Shown here one piece after another: positions 20,426-36,276 of a stretch of DNA of 64,000 bases. Every line of letters begins with the position of its first letter. Positions within the stretch are counted from its first letter, which is position 1. Source of the stretch: Escherichia coli (GTDB lineage Bacteria > Pseudomonadota > Gammaproteobacteria > Enterobacterales > Enterobacteriaceae); the NCBI RefSeq assembly GCF_024298765.1, contig NZ_CP101210.1; one strand, written 5' to 3'. The position numbers were made by a program, and so were the translations under genes. Under the pieces are notes generated by a model that saw nothing but the letters and a program-made list of their open reading frames with translations, did no database searches and was not told where the DNA came from.

Positions 20426-20803
20426 TTGTCGCCTCAATTTTTTAAGGAGATAACAATGCCAGGACAACCAATACCAAATGAGCTCAAAGAAAAAGGACTG
20501 ATATGGCTTTTGCCACCATACTGTTGGTCACACCGTCAGATAGCCCGGAAGCTGAAGATCAGTGCCTCAGTTGTATCAAAATGGAGATGTGAGTTAGTGG
20601 AGCAAGGACTTTTACCTGAAAATGAAAAGATTACCTCCGTTGATGTTGAAGACTGGACACCGGAGCGTCGATTCTCAGTTGTTCTTGAGACGGCTACGCT
20701 GTCTGTCACGAACGGTGCAATAGTGGATCACTTTTCATCCGTCGTTGACACTGTCAGAAATGGAGCTTGCCGATTATTGCCGACGCATGGGATTGTTTGT
20801 TGA
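20426..20803 (+). pseudogene. transposase OrfA-like HTH protein, frameshifted
   Basis: HTH SHRQIARKLKISASVVSKW; continuation (leucine-zipper-like RELEKELKRKDKALAEAAALL) lies in another frame. Confidence 0.45.
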
Positions 20804-21376
20804 ACAGGTTAAAGAATGGCGGGCTATCTCAATTCAGGCGCATGAAAAAAATTGACGGAAAATATTCGAACAGACAGGGCATTGCGTGACGCAAAAAATA
20901 AGTTACGAGAACTGGAGAAAGAGCTTAAGCGCAAAGATAAAGCTCTGGCGGAAGCTGCGGCCCTGCTTATATTAAGGGAAAAGTTCAATGCCCTCTGGGA
21001 CAACAGCGAGGAAGACTGCCCCCTCTCCTGGAGCGGCATAAAATTATTTCTCTTGTCCGTGAGGCCGTCGCCAACGGCGCCCGGAAAGGTCAGGCTTGTA
21101 GGTGTATCGGTATTTCTATTCGGACACTTCAGCGCTGGACTAATGGCAACATCATCACCACGGACCGAAGATCCGATACTGTAAACAGCTCTCCCCGAAA
21201 TAAGCTGTCAGAAGCGGAAAGATTGCGAATACTGGAGTTGTGCAACTCTCCAGAGTTTGCATCCTTGCCTCCAAATGTGATCGTACCAACTCTGGCAGAC
21301 AGAGGTATTTATATTGCTTCTGAATCAAGTTTTTATCGTGTACTGAAATCAGCCAAGCAGTTGAAGAAACGATCCC

Positions 21377-21853
21377 GTGAATGCCAGTATAAACTGGCCT
21401 GATGTACTCAGGGCCGTTGCACCGAATCAAGTCTGGAGTTGGGACATCAGCTATTTGCCGTCCTGGGTCAGAGGCCAGCATTTTTACCTCTATATGATCG
21501 TCGATATTTACAGTCGCAAAATTATTGCTGCTGAGGTATTTGCCAGCGAATCTGGAAAACATGCAGCAGAACTACTCCAGCGTGCAGTATGGAATGAAAA
21601 ATGTTCATCCAACAATCTGGTACTCCATTCTGATAACGGTGGTCCCATGCGCAGTGACACGTTGTTGGCGAAAATGTATGCGCTTGGTGTGCTAAGTTCT
21701 TATTCCCGGCCAAGAGTCAGTAATGATAATCCTTACTCAGAATCTTTGTTCCGGACTCTCAAATATTGTCCCTGGTGGCCTGAGAACGGTTTTCGCACTA
21801 TTGATGATGCCAGAGTATGGGTAAACCAGTTTTGTAAACTGGTACAACTTTGA
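21377..21853 (+). pseudogene. DDE transposase catalytic core fragment
   Basis: WSWDISYLP...YLYMIVDIYSRKII...HSDNGGPM motifs; N- and C-terminal parts in other frames. Confidence 0.5.
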
Positions 21854-22180
21854 ACATAAGCACAGCGGGATCAAATACGTCACGCCAGCCGAGCGTCATC
21901 AAGGTAATGACATGAAAATACTGGCAGCCTGAAAAGCGGTATACCAGCTAGCTCGCGAGCAACATCCTGAACGTTGGGGCAAGTATCTACGTAACTGGAA
22001 CTACATATCAGAAGTCTACCTGAATCCAGAAAAAGAGGCTGCATAACGTAATTTTATTACAAAAAGCGACAACTACCTTGAAAAACACCGCCAAATCATG
22101 ATCGATTCGAATGCCAAACTGCGATCGATTCAGATGCCATTTTGCATGCTGCCAGAGCAATATTCCCCCTGATGGTTGTA

Positions 22181-22855
22181 TCAGAGATGGTATGCCGGTA
22201 CTTTGCGGGTTGTTCCTGTCAGGTTATCGTGCACCTCCACATTCGTTGTCACTACCGGCATTCCGTTCTGTCTTAGTCTCAGGACATCAGCCGCAATACG
22301 CTGACTGCCAGACCAGAACAGGCCGTCCAGCGCAGTCACCAGCAATCCCGCCTCCAGCGCATACTTCAGCCGTTCACGGGGCACTTTCACTTCCCGGGCA
22401 ATCTGCTGATAGGGTGATGATGTATTTTCATTCCCAACCATCCGGCGAATACGGTGAGACAGATGATACCGGAATGTATCCGGCACACCGGAAAGACTGG
22501 CCTTCAGGCTGTACACGCAGCCAAATCGCTTATCGTTGAACACCACATTTTTCTGGCTGATATCCCATTCTTCTCGAAGCGCAGCAATCAGCTGTGGCGT
22601 GCGGGTTAAAAGCAGACGAAAAGGCAGTTCAAAACTGGTGACGTAATCCACATTCAGCAGGGCAATACGCAGCCGTTCTTCTGGTCCGGCCTCTGTCTGC
22701 CGACACTCCTCCAGAACATCCTGCCACTGCTGGCAAAGGCGTGGAGATTCATTCAGTTCTGTAAAACAATATTTATCCGCAAGATAGTCAATTTGTGCAG
22801 GCATACTGAAGAGAATTCCGTATAAAGATTCAGCAGACAAAACTTTATCAGTCAA
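22181..22855 (-). CDS. hypothetical protein; its 5-prime region is duplicated upstream of tssF
   Basis: 224-aa ORF; first ~66 codons plus ~25 bp upstream recur (diverged) at 37305-37527. Confidence 0.5.
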   Translation of the reverse strand: MTDKVLSAESLYGILFSMPAQIDYLADKYCFTELNESPRLCQQWQDVLEECRQTEAGPEERLRIALLNVDYVTSFELPFRLLLTRTPQLIAALREEWDISQKNVVFNDKRFGCVYSLKASLSGVPDTFRYHLSHRIRRMVGNENTSSPYQQIAREVKVPRERLKYALEAGLLVTALDGLFWSGSQRIAADVLRLRQNGMPVVTTNVEVHDNLTGTTRKVPAYHL

Positions 22856-22880
22856 TAAGAATCAACGGAAGCACAGAAGG
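22658..22880 (-). repeat. copy 1 of ~220-bp diverged segment (5-prime end of gene at 22855)
   Basis: Pairs with 37305-37527 on the opposite strand; homology ends at GATTACGTCA. Confidence 0.7.
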
Positions 22881-22986
22881 TTCATACGTCCATCACCAAC
22901 TGATTGTTGTCATAACGGGTAACATAAAGGACTGAACGACTGTTTGAACCGCCCCGGGTTTCCTGGAGAGTGTTTTATCTGTGAAC

Positions 22987-26237
<3,251 letters not shown>

Positions 26238-26922
26238 GTTCCAGCTCTTTCAGACGCTGACGTTCAGCGCTGGTGAGCCCACCATCACCGCCCCCGGTAT
26301 CCCGCTCATGCTGGCGAACCCAGACACGCAGAGTCTCCGGCGTACAGCCAATCTTTGGAGCAATGGAACAAATTGCCGCCCACTGTGAGTCATATTCATC
26401 CTGACTTTCCAGAACCATACGAATCGCCCGCTGACGGACTTCGGGGGAAAAACGAGTATTTTTAGTCATCCTGTTTACCTCTTTCTCAGGGAGTTTAGTC
26501 TCCAGGATTTCCGGGGCGGTTCAAATACTGGGCGAAGGGAGATGTTATTGCGAAGCGCGCGCCAATTGGTCAGTGGGAACCTTATTCGGAAGAGTCACTA
26601 CTTGGCATCATCGTCACCAGCGTCTGTCGTATTAAAGTCGCGATGCTAAAACCTGAACCTCCCAGAGATCCCCATATCCCGCTGATGGGGGATTTTAACT
26701 AAAACTTAGCGCTATCGCTGCGTATCGTAACTATCCCGTATTACGTAGCGTAAATTATGACGCCATACGGGGAACAAATACACAGAGGAAGAAAAAGATT
26801 AGATTGGTTTTAAGGGATGTTTTTATCATAAATGGCACTGCTAAAATTATGAGATTATCGAAGATAAAATTCTTGATCATACATAAAAGGCCTCCTGAAT
26901 TAAATCAAGAGGCGTATAGTTT

Positions 26923-28041
26923 TTACATTACTGATGTATGTTTAATGATCTCACTGATTTTCACTTTCCTGTCCTGCGATCTTGAAAGAGTGGCAGCATC
27001 AGCAGTAGCAATCGCCGACATGGCCGCCTCACCATTGAGAAGGTCAATATAATCTTCTTCAGGTTTTGCACCACAGAGGATATTATGGAGGAATAACGTC
27101 TCCTTTCTTATTAAACTGGCAAGCCATAATGGTGTTTTTTTTCCTGGATGACCATATGCTATAGCGCCATCCATTTCTGAGGTCATATTGCCTTTCCGAC
27201 GATCATCATCTTCTTCTTGTGTTTCATGGACCAAAAAATGCTTTGTCTGACCGCCAATCCTAAGTGACCCTGCTGTTTCTTGCATATCAATTTTAATAGA
27301 GCCTTTAGTTCCATTGATGATGACATAATGTTCCGGCCAGTTAAATGCACTCCCCCACTCTAAGGTTGCTAGTTTTCCTGACGGGAATTCCAAGGTCATA
27401 AATAACATATCATCTTCATTGCCAAATCCTGGACCAGAATGGGCCAAATTTCCACCAATCATAGTAACCGTCTCTGGTATTTCTCCAAGTAAATGCTGAA
27501 CACAATCTAACTCATGTATATGATGATATAGATGTCCACCAGATTTTTCTTTCATCTTTTTCCAGGAAAGTCTCTCTTGTTTGTTTTCCCAGCCATTTCT
27601 CTTAGTATGACATGATAATATTTCGCCGATAACACCTTCTTTAATTAACTTCCGTGCATATTGAACCCCATTGAAAAAATTCATAATATGCCCGGCCATA
27701 AAGGTCACACCAGCTTCTTTACACGCTTTGACCATATCCACACAATCTTCATAACTTAATGCAATTGGTTTTTCACAAAAAACATGCTTCTTATTCTTTG
27801 CTGCTTTAATTACTGGTTCTTTATGCAGATAATTTGGGGTGGCTACGATCACGCAATCGACTAATTTACTTGAGACTAAAGCATCCAAGCTTGACATATT
27901 GATACACTGCAATTCACGGGCAATATTTTCTCCATTTTCAGGATCGTATACACATGTAATTTTTGCATTATCATGCATATTCATAAAACGAGCTAATTCA
28001 GCGCCAAAGTATCCAACACCAACAACGCCATAATTAATCAT
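26923..28041 (-). CDS. yjhC: Gfo/Idh/MocA family NAD(P)-dependent oxidoreductase (YjhC-like)
   Basis: 372 aa; N-terminal Rossmann GVVGVGYFG; partner MFS gene immediately upstream. Confidence 0.6.
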   Translation of the reverse strand: MINYGVVGVGYFGAELARFMNMHDNAKITCVYDPENGENIARELQCINMSSLDALVSSKLVDCVIVATPNYLHKEPVIKAAKNKKHVFCEKPIALSYEDCVDMVKACKEAGVTFMAGHIMNFFNGVQYARKLIKEGVIGEILSCHTKRNGWENKQERLSWKKMKEKSGGHLYHHIHELDCVQHLLGEIPETVTMIGGNLAHSGPGFGNEDDMLFMTLEFPSGKLATLEWGSAFNWPEHYVIINGTKGSIKIDMQETAGSLRIGGQTKHFLVHETQEEDDDRRKGNMTSEMDGAIAYGHPGKKTPLWLASLIRKETLFLHNILCGAKPEEDYIDLLNGEAAMSAIATADAATLSRSQDRKVKISEIIKHTSVM

Positions 28042-28052
28042 AAAGCCTCCAA

Positions 28053-29270
28053 TTATTTAGCCACGGATAGTTTATAAATTTTACCTGGAATATCAAAACC
28101 AACTAACAAAATTAATAAGGCAGAGAATGCAACCGTAACAATGAATAATGAAACACCTAAGCCATAATATCCTGAAATGTATGTAGCTAATACAGGTGCG
28201 GCCATTCCTCCAGTTGCCCCTAAGTTATAAATAAGACCGGTCCCTAATCCTCTTAATTTTGTTGGAAAGTAATCATATATAAATTTTGGAACCAACCCTG
28301 CAATACCTAAATTTGTAAACATTAATCCAAAGAGACATAATCCTATAAGAGAAGAGTTTTTCACAGAAATAAAAAAAAGAGGACAAAGGAAAACAAATGA
28401 AGTTATTAGACCGACTACAAAGGCTTTTTTTACACCAATCTTATCACCAACAAAACCAAAAAATATTGTACCTGTCAGTGTTCCTAAACCTGCTATTGTC
28501 ATCAGAGTTGAAATAACCACTGTATTAACTCCATTATCTGCCAGGTAGGAAGGAAGTAGTCCGTTTATCGGCCAGTTTGCACCAAATAGACAAAAACAGA
28601 CGAGGAAAACGATCATAGAGATTGAAAGATGTGGTTTTCTGAAGACAGACAAAAAAGTTGATTTATCCTTATATTTATCTTCAATCCACTCCTGACTTTC
28701 TGGAGCACTTTTTCTGATCCAAAGAACTAGTAAAACTGGTAACAGGCCTATAAAAAAAGAGTTTCTCCATCCATATACTTCAGCAAACTGAGGGATTATT
28801 TGTGCCGCAATAATATTTCCAACAGAAAAACCACTTACCAAAAAAGCACTAGCTTTAGATTGAAGATTTTTAGGCCAACTTTCTACCGCATAAGTTGAAG
28901 CACATGCATATTCACCAGACATCCCTAAGCCAACAATAAAACGGCAAACTGCGAGCATATATAAGTTTGTAGCAATACCGCTAAGGCCTGTTCCGACTGA
29001 GTAAATGATAATTGCCCACATCATCATTGGCTTACGACCATATTTATCAGCCATGGCACCAAAAAAACCACCTCCAATAGGTCTGGCTATGAAGGCCACT
29101 GTCCCTATTAAAGTAGCCTGAATATCCGTAATGCCAAGATCTGCTTTTATAATATGAAGAATGTAAAATATCATCATAAAATCAAAGCCATCAAATACAT
29201 ATCCAAGCCATGCGGAAAAAAGAGCTTTCCGTTGTGGTGGATTAACTTGTTTATACCATGCTGTTGCCAT
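28053..29270 (-). CDS. yjhB: MFS transporter (YjhB-like, sialic-acid-derivative transporter family)
   Basis: Start placed at ATG 29270 (AGGA RBS); multiple TM segments and MFS motif GRKP. Confidence 0.6.
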   Translation of the reverse strand: MATAWYKQVNPPQRKALFSAWLGYVFDGFDFMMIFYILHIIKADLGITDIQATLIGTVAFIARPIGGGFFGAMADKYGRKPMMMWAIIIYSVGTGLSGIATNLYMLAVCRFIVGLGMSGEYACASTYAVESWPKNLQSKASAFLVSGFSVGNIIAAQIIPQFAEVYGWRNSFFIGLLPVLLVLWIRKSAPESQEWIEDKYKDKSTFLSVFRKPHLSISMIVFLVCFCLFGANWPINGLLPSYLADNGVNTVVISTLMTIAGLGTLTGTIFFGFVGDKIGVKKAFVVGLITSFVFLCPLFFISVKNSSLIGLCLFGLMFTNLGIAGLVPKFIYDYFPTKLRGLGTGLIYNLGATGGMAAPVLATYISGYYGLGVSLFIVTVAFSALLILLVGFDIPGKIYKLSVAK

Positions 29271-29681
29271 ATTTGTTTCCTGTGTTATTCTAATATAGCC
29301 CTTAAAGTAAATATTAGGGAGCCTCAACAATATCCAGAAATAATTATATTGTCTTCAAATACGCCAGTACTATTGATGGTTATCAATACCTAATCAGTAC
29401 AATCTTTTCCTCCATTTCTTCTTAACATATTTCACTCTATGAAAGATAAAACTGATACCCACCTACAGTTTTGGGTCACCAACAAAAAACAATGTTCGCC
29501 AGATATTCCACCACTGGCACAGTTCAACCCTGCTTCAAAAATTGACTTATTCATTGTGCTCATTTTCGTAGTCCGTTCAGGTTGAATAAAACTCCCTTAG
29601 TCAAATGAGGAAAGACTGAGAGGTTATTACTTTAGCTTACGTTATAGCTGTTTTCCTTTGCAGTATTTCCTTGCTTTTCTG

Positions 29682-29704
29682 TATACCTTTATACCTGTTA
29701 TACC
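29682..29704 (-). promoter_or_regulatory. NanR-type operator (three tandem GGTATA repeats)
   Basis: Minus strand reads GGTATAACAGGTATAAAGGTATA, about 410 bp upstream of the yjhB-like start. Confidence 0.45.
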
Positions 29705-30023
29705 AGATCAAAAAACAAGCAATCCACATAACAAAACGCGTTTTGTTACTGATGTCACAAATTGAGCATATTTTTGTAGCTGATAGTTTGTTACAAACAC
29801 CAGAACCAAGATGCCTATTTCGTTTCAGCATCAACTGTTAAATTATCTGGTTGCCAACGAGAATACTGAGCTTTTTTGTCCCCAAGACTGACCGTCAACG
29901 CCACAATCTTTGACTGTTTGACATTGTCATGCCCGCAGGCCAGCGGATCTAAAGACATTAGACTGCTTGCATCAGCCAGTTGCGTATCTGGCTATGTCCC
30001 TTAATTGGTAAGGGTTCGAGGAA

Positions 30024-30240
30024 CTCAACATTAACGCATTTTTCAGCGCATCACCGACAGTGTATATGAACGATTGCACTCTGACGATGGTTGATTTATT
30101 TGGTTGCGTAGGGGCTAGCTAGTCTGGTACCGGAGGCTGGATCTGAAGTACTGACCCCAGGAATAACGCCGGGCTGACTCATATTCTGACCCATTGTCAG
30201 CCCGCGTGTTTACTGCTCTAGCTCATTTCCTGTTGTCAGG
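30024..30240 (+). repeat. copy 1 of a diverged intergenic repeat (partner at 55381-55690)
   Basis: Shared blocks GACGATGGTTGATTTATT, GGTACCGRAGGCTGG.TCTGAAGTACTGA, CTGACCC.TTGTCAGCCCGCGTG and GCTCATTTCCTGT.GTCAG. Confidence 0.5.
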
Positions 30241-30282
30241 CGTTCAATTCCCAACTGCAGGTTATGGCCCGGTGCACAAACA

Positions 30283-30670
30283 CCTGACGGCAGGTATCAC
30301 TTACCCGAAGAAGGTAAAGCCCTCAAGAGGCAGTAACTCAGCCAACCTCTCCTCCGGCCACTCCGGCAGACGCGTCAGGACGTCCGTCAGCCAAGCATGT
30401 GGCTCCAGACTGCGGTTCCCAGAAGGCTCATTATCTGTGCCGCGCGGTTCCCGGCCATCAGTGAACCAGCGAACAACCAGGCCTTTCGTCCCATAACGAC
30501 CAGACGGATAGCACGCTCGCAGATATTGTTGTGTGTGCCTTGAAATGCACGATCTTTCCGTCGGTGAAAGTCCGCCCCGGCTAACTCTCGCTCCGACTGG
30601 AAGGACAAGAAGCGGTCCAGGAGGTAACAAAAGGGCTGAATCTCTCCCTGAAACGACTTCTTCAGGAAGT
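30283..30670 (-). pseudogene. IS66-family tnpC 3-prime fragment, frameshifted
   Basis: C-terminal TnpC-like peptides (NNICERAIRLVVMGRKAWLFAGS; HAWLTDVLTRLPEWP) in two frames; GTAAGTGATACC-type IS66 terminus near 30283-30303. Confidence 0.55.
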
Positions 30671-31098
30671 CAACGGGTTATGCGGGCCGTAATGTGAGTG
30701 AACACTGAGCAGCCATCGAAATGCCGTCGAGGGTGCTGACACGCCACAATAACGGGGAAGGCCGACGATGACCGGGAAGAGAGTGAGAAAGGCATCGGTC
30801 ATACCCACCGGGGTTGTGGTGTCAGCATGCATAACAATTGATCGATCGTGCAACAAGAGAAGTCCATAACGATGTCTGTCCGGGTGACGGGCAACAACGC
30901 CTCGCGAGGGGGTGAATCGGTTGTTATGGATGGCAGATGGGGTGTAGTAGTGAAAATACTGAGTAATGTCAGAGGAGCGAAGGCCCCCTCTTGCAGTACC
31001 AGTGTAACATGCAGGAAGAGCCCGGGGATTGCCATCAGCCTCACAACCCCGCTCGAACCGGTTCAGAACCTACAGAAAACACTACAGGAGAAAGCAAA

Positions 31099-32214
31099 GT
31101 GAACCGCCCCGTGTTTCCTGTTTATCATTTTCTGGTCAGTGCCGCGATTCTGGTATTCGTGGTGATTTTCTGGCGGACACACCATCGCGACCACCGTAAC
31201 TGGCTGGCTCTACGGCTATTCGTATTATGCTCTGTAAACCGTTGGCCATTGCGGATGGTTAAAGGAACAGTTGTGGGGACAACTGACACATTACGTGAAA
31301 TGCAGCGTTATGAACAACTGAGTCAGCACGGGGCTGACAACTGGAAAATCCAGCCGGGAGCACCGTTATATGATACGATTGTTATTGTCACTGGTGAGAA
31401 TGTGCGCAGGGATTATATGTCAGTGTATGGCTATCTCGTACCAACCACACCGTGGCTGAATACGGCACCCGGTTTATTTATTGACGATTATACCTTGACA
31501 GCCTCCAGTACAGTGTCTTCCCTGAGCCGGACACTGATTTATGACTATGAGCAGAACCCTGATTCCGGCAACAATGTGGTGGCGCTGGCAGCAAAAGCAG
31601 GATACAGCACATGGTGGATATCCAATCAAGGAAAACTGGGGGAGCATGACACACGCATCTCTGTTATTGCTTCTGATGCGGAGCATGCCACTTTCCTCAA
31701 GAAAGGCAGCTTCGCTTCCCGTAAAACAGATGACAAACTGTTGTTACAGGAAACAGAACGTGCGCTGGCGGATACATCCTCTCCGAAGATAATTTTCCTG
31801 CACATGATGGGTTCTCATCCAAATCCGTGTGACAGCCTTAACTCCTGGCCGAATAATTACCTGGAGCAGTATCCCCGAAAAATTGCCTGTTACCTCGCCA
31901 GCATCAGTAAACTGGATAACTTTCTTGGCCAGCTTGATGGTATCCTTCGCCGGTACTCACATCATTTCGCCATGCTTTACTTTTCTGGCCTTGGGCTGTC
32001 GGTCAGCGACAGTGCCAATCCTGTTCATCATTATGGTCATGTGCAGGGAGGCTACAGTGTGCCACTGATTATTACCGCCAGTGACATAACGTCTCATCAG
32101 CCCGTCAGTAGAAAAATCAGTGCCCGTCATTTCGCAGGTATTTTTCAGTGGATGAACGGTATTTGTACTGAAAATATACCGCCATTCAATCCGCTGACAG
32201 ACGAAGATAATTAA
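31099..32214 (+). CDS. sulfatase-like (alkaline phosphatase superfamily) membrane-anchored hydrolase/transferase, possibly N-terminally truncated
   Basis: GTG start with AGGAG RBS; one N-terminal TM then motifs IVIVTGENVRRDYMSVYGY and YSTWWISNQG...HD resembling phosphoethanolamine-transferase catalytic domains; IS5 abuts the stop codon. Confidence 0.5.
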   Translation: MNRPVFPVYHFLVSAAILVFVVIFWRTHHRDHRNWLALRLFVLCSVNRWPLRMVKGTVVGTTDTLREMQRYEQLSQHGADNWKIQPGAPLYDTIVIVTGENVRRDYMSVYGYLVPTTPWLNTAPGLFIDDYTLTASSTVSSLSRTLIYDYEQNPDSGNNVVALAAKAGYSTWWISNQGKLGEHDTRISVIASDAEHATFLKKGSFASRKTDDKLLLQETERALADTSSPKIIFLHMMGSHPNPCDSLNSWPNNYLEQYPRKIACYLASISKLDNFLGQLDGILRRYSHHFAMLYFSGLGLSVSDSANPVHHYGHVQGGYSVPLIITASDITSHQPVSRKISARHFAGIFQWMNGICTENIPPFNPLTDEDN

Positions 32215-33409
<1,195 letters not shown>

Positions 33410-34823
33410 CTAGTGGTTAAAGTGGCAGCACTGATGACTTAAGCGATATTGTCTTTGTATACCAGATGAATATCTGCTCCTCGCTCATAGCAGACTTTTG
33501 CATAGGTTCTTTTCCTAAAATAGCATGACATTTGTTTCAAAATTAGCCTGTAAGTCAAGAAAATACTTGGAGAATAATAATCTAGGCATTGGTAGCAACG
33601 ATAAATATCTACATAACCGATATTATCGAGTTACTAAATTGATGTGTTCCGGTAGATGAACAAAATGGTAGATCCTTCTAGAAACAAATAGAGTGTGGAT
33701 GAGGTAACCTGACTCAGCCAATTTATTGAGTCCGTTGAGCATCTGATCGGTTAATCTCTGAGAAAGAGTTTTCAGACAGATTCATTTTCTAGAATTATTT
33801 TTACTCATCAAACAAGGATGATTTTAATTTAGGTTTATTACTATAATTATATTTATTCTTTATATATTCTTTATTCACTCCCTTTTTCATACAATCTCTA
33901 TTGTTATTTACTTCCTGTCTTCACTCACTCTCAATCTTTACACATTCCATTAGTATTACTCTTGTTATCGTATTCACTCCATCCCTCAATCATAACTACT
34001 GTAACTCATATGATGTTCAGGTAAGTTATTCTCTACTACGCTATTGTTGATATTCATCTATTCTCATCTTCAGTAAAACAGTAATTGATTCTAATTTATC
34101 CATTATGAACCGTATTTGCTTAACAATGATTGTTTATCTGAAGTGTTTTAACTATTCTGGTGAACATCAATTTCTCTGTCATTACTGATTAACTGAATGC
34201 TTACTCTTTAATAAGGTATCCATTATTCTGTAACGATTAGCCGAGCAGGGTAAATAACAGAATTAATAGAGTGAATTTCTGATTGTGTTTGTTCGTTCCT
34301 GATTATCTTGTATTTTAAACAAAATGAAAATTATCCATCCATGGTATGTTTCATTCTGGTACCGTGTACCCGTTAACGTTCATATCTTGAACATGAGTTG
34401 TTTTTAACAGATAAAATGAGTGCGTGTAAGTTTATTGGGTTACAGGTATCGTGTTGGCCTTGTACACGGTTTTTTAGAACCATTGAGAGCAAGTTTGTAA
34501 TTTATGATGGTGATTAGTCGTAATATGTTTCTTGAACTTCTGATCGTGGGTTTTTATCGCATATTTTGCAGTATTTCGTGATGTTTATTGATTCTGTATT
34601 TTATTCACTCCTCGTTTATCTCATCTCTTTAGCTAATACCATCAGATAATCCATTTATTTCTGCACAACGCTACGTGTCGTTAATAACCGACGTATCCAT
34701 TCTGTTACAGCATGCCTGATAAATACCGTCTGTAAGTTATTACCGTTTTAGATCTGATTATGAGCGAAAGCATTAATTCGTTTACAGCACTTAAAACGTC
34801 ATTAACTTTCAGGAGTCATCAGC

Positions 34824-35390
34824 ATGCCTAAATCTTACACACCAAACTGGTTTTTTACCGCTTTACTTGACAATCACATCAATCAGTTGGTCGCACGCTA
34901 TTCCCGCCTGCGGGCCTTACGCATGGATTTCTTCTACAGGAAAGATACGCCTGATTTCTTACAACCTGATCATCGCTGGCTTGAATTGCAGTTGCGTATG
35001 CTGCTGGAGCAGGTGGAACAATTTGAAAATATCGTTGGTTTCTTCTGGGTGATTGAATGGACGGCTGATCATGGTTTTCATGCGCATGCGGTTTTCTGGC
35101 TCGATCGTCAGAGGGTTAAAAAAATATATCCCTTTGCGGAGCGGATTACGGAATGCTGGCAGTCTATTACGCATAACAGCGGTTCGGCACACCGCTGTAC
35201 ATATCAGCCGCATTATACATACAACATCAACATTCCCGTGCGTCATAACGATCCCGGGAGCATCGATAATATTCGCGGTGTCCTGCATTATCTGGCGAAA
35301 GAAGAGCAAAAAGACGGACTGTGCGCATACGGTTGCAGTGAAGTTCCTGAACGACCTGCTGCAGGGCGTCCTCGTAAGCCTCACTTCTGA
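34824..35390 (+). CDS. YagK/YfjJ family protein (inovirus Gp2-like), paralogue
   Basis: 188 aa; GFHAHAVFWLD core; AGGAG RBS; preceded by 1.4 kb AT-rich leader. Confidence 0.5.
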   Translation: MPKSYTPNWFFTALLDNHINQLVARYSRLRALRMDFFYRKDTPDFLQPDHRWLELQLRMLLEQVEQFENIVGFFWVIEWTADHGFHAHAVFWLDRQRVKKIYPFAERITECWQSITHNSGSAHRCTYQPHYTYNINIPVRHNDPGSIDNIRGVLHYLAKEEQKDGLCAYGCSEVPERPAAGRPRKPHF

Positions 35391-35647
35391 AGCTTAAATC
35401 CTGAGCTTCCTGTCCTGGAAACATTCCGTCGGTAAAACCTTACCGCCTTGCTTAATGATGTGAACTGAAGTCAACGGAGATCATTCACTCTGAACCACAT
35501 CCGGTGTTCTGTCCCTTGTCGGTGACCTGATCTTCCCGTTCTGCCCCGGTTCTTCACTTATTCCATCAACCCCATCCGCAAACCATAACACGTCAGCTTA
35601 TTCACGGGCAGGACGCATTGTGGGCTGCGCATAACGGAGCATATCTT

Positions 35648-36208
35648 ATGAATGCTATCCCTTATTTCGACTATAGCCTGGCCCCCTTCTGGCCATCTTA
35701 TCAGAACAAAGTCATCGGCGTCCTTGAGCGTGCGCTGCGTGAGCAGTCCGGCTCACGGATACGGCGGATCCTGCTTCGTCTGCCGTGTGAATATGACAAT
35801 ACCTTCAACAGCAGAACGACCTGGTTTGGTATGGATTTTATCGAAACCGTCAGTGCGCTGATGAATGCAACACCCGGACGTGACCTTTGCTGGCTCCTGA
35901 CCCGTCATCCTGAAAAACCGGAATACCATGTGGTGCTGTGCGTCAGACAGGAGTATTTCGACGGCCCCGAACTGGATCGGTTGATTCTGGATGCCTGGAG
36001 TAACGTGCTGGGTTTCGCGTCACCAGGTGAAGCAAAGCCGTACCAGAAGCAGATCACCCGGGATGTGGTACTGGATCGCCGGTCACCGGACTGCGAAGCC
36101 CTGTTTAAGGACCTTATCTGGGCGTTCAGTGATTTCGCCCGCGATCGCCGTGGAGTGCGCGATCCGGAAGCCCGTTGCCTCGCCGGTAATCCCGGTTGGC
36201 AGTGCTGA
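35648..36208 (+). CDS. YagK/YfjJ family protein (inovirus Gp2-like), second paralogue
   Basis: Start placed at ATG 35648 (ACGGAG RBS); YHVVLCVRQEYFD core. Confidence 0.45.
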   Translation: MNAIPYFDYSLAPFWPSYQNKVIGVLERALREQSGSRIRRILLRLPCEYDNTFNSRTTWFGMDFIETVSALMNATPGRDLCWLLTRHPEKPEYHVVLCVRQEYFDGPELDRLILDAWSNVLGFASPGEAKPYQKQITRDVVLDRRSPDCEALFKDLIWAFSDFARDRRGVRDPEARCLAGNPGWQC

Positions 36209-36276
36209 AAGCAGCATTCCATCCCATACCTCGTATTACCCCATTCTTCATCAATCTCACAGAGGATATTCTGACC

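Larger units (their letters stand above)
20400..22060 (+). mobile_element. degenerate IS remnant (IS3/IS481-like transposase genes with frameshifts); boundaries approximate
   Basis: HTH orfA-like ORF followed by DDE-integrase-core fragments spread over three frames. Confidence 0.4.

Noticed and set aside
29682-29704. Tandem short repeats considered as a possible CRISPR or phase-variation tract
   Set aside because: Only three 6-bp GGTATA units with 2-3 bp spacing; this is the NanR operator pattern, not a CRISPR array. No CRISPR-like repeat-spacer array was seen anywhere in the window.
30991-31098. Longer 5-prime extension of the sulfatase-like ORF (track start 30991)
   Set aside because: Upstream 36 codons are non-hydrophobic and have no RBS; the GTG at 31099 with AGGAG RBS fits better. 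The gene may in any case be truncated.
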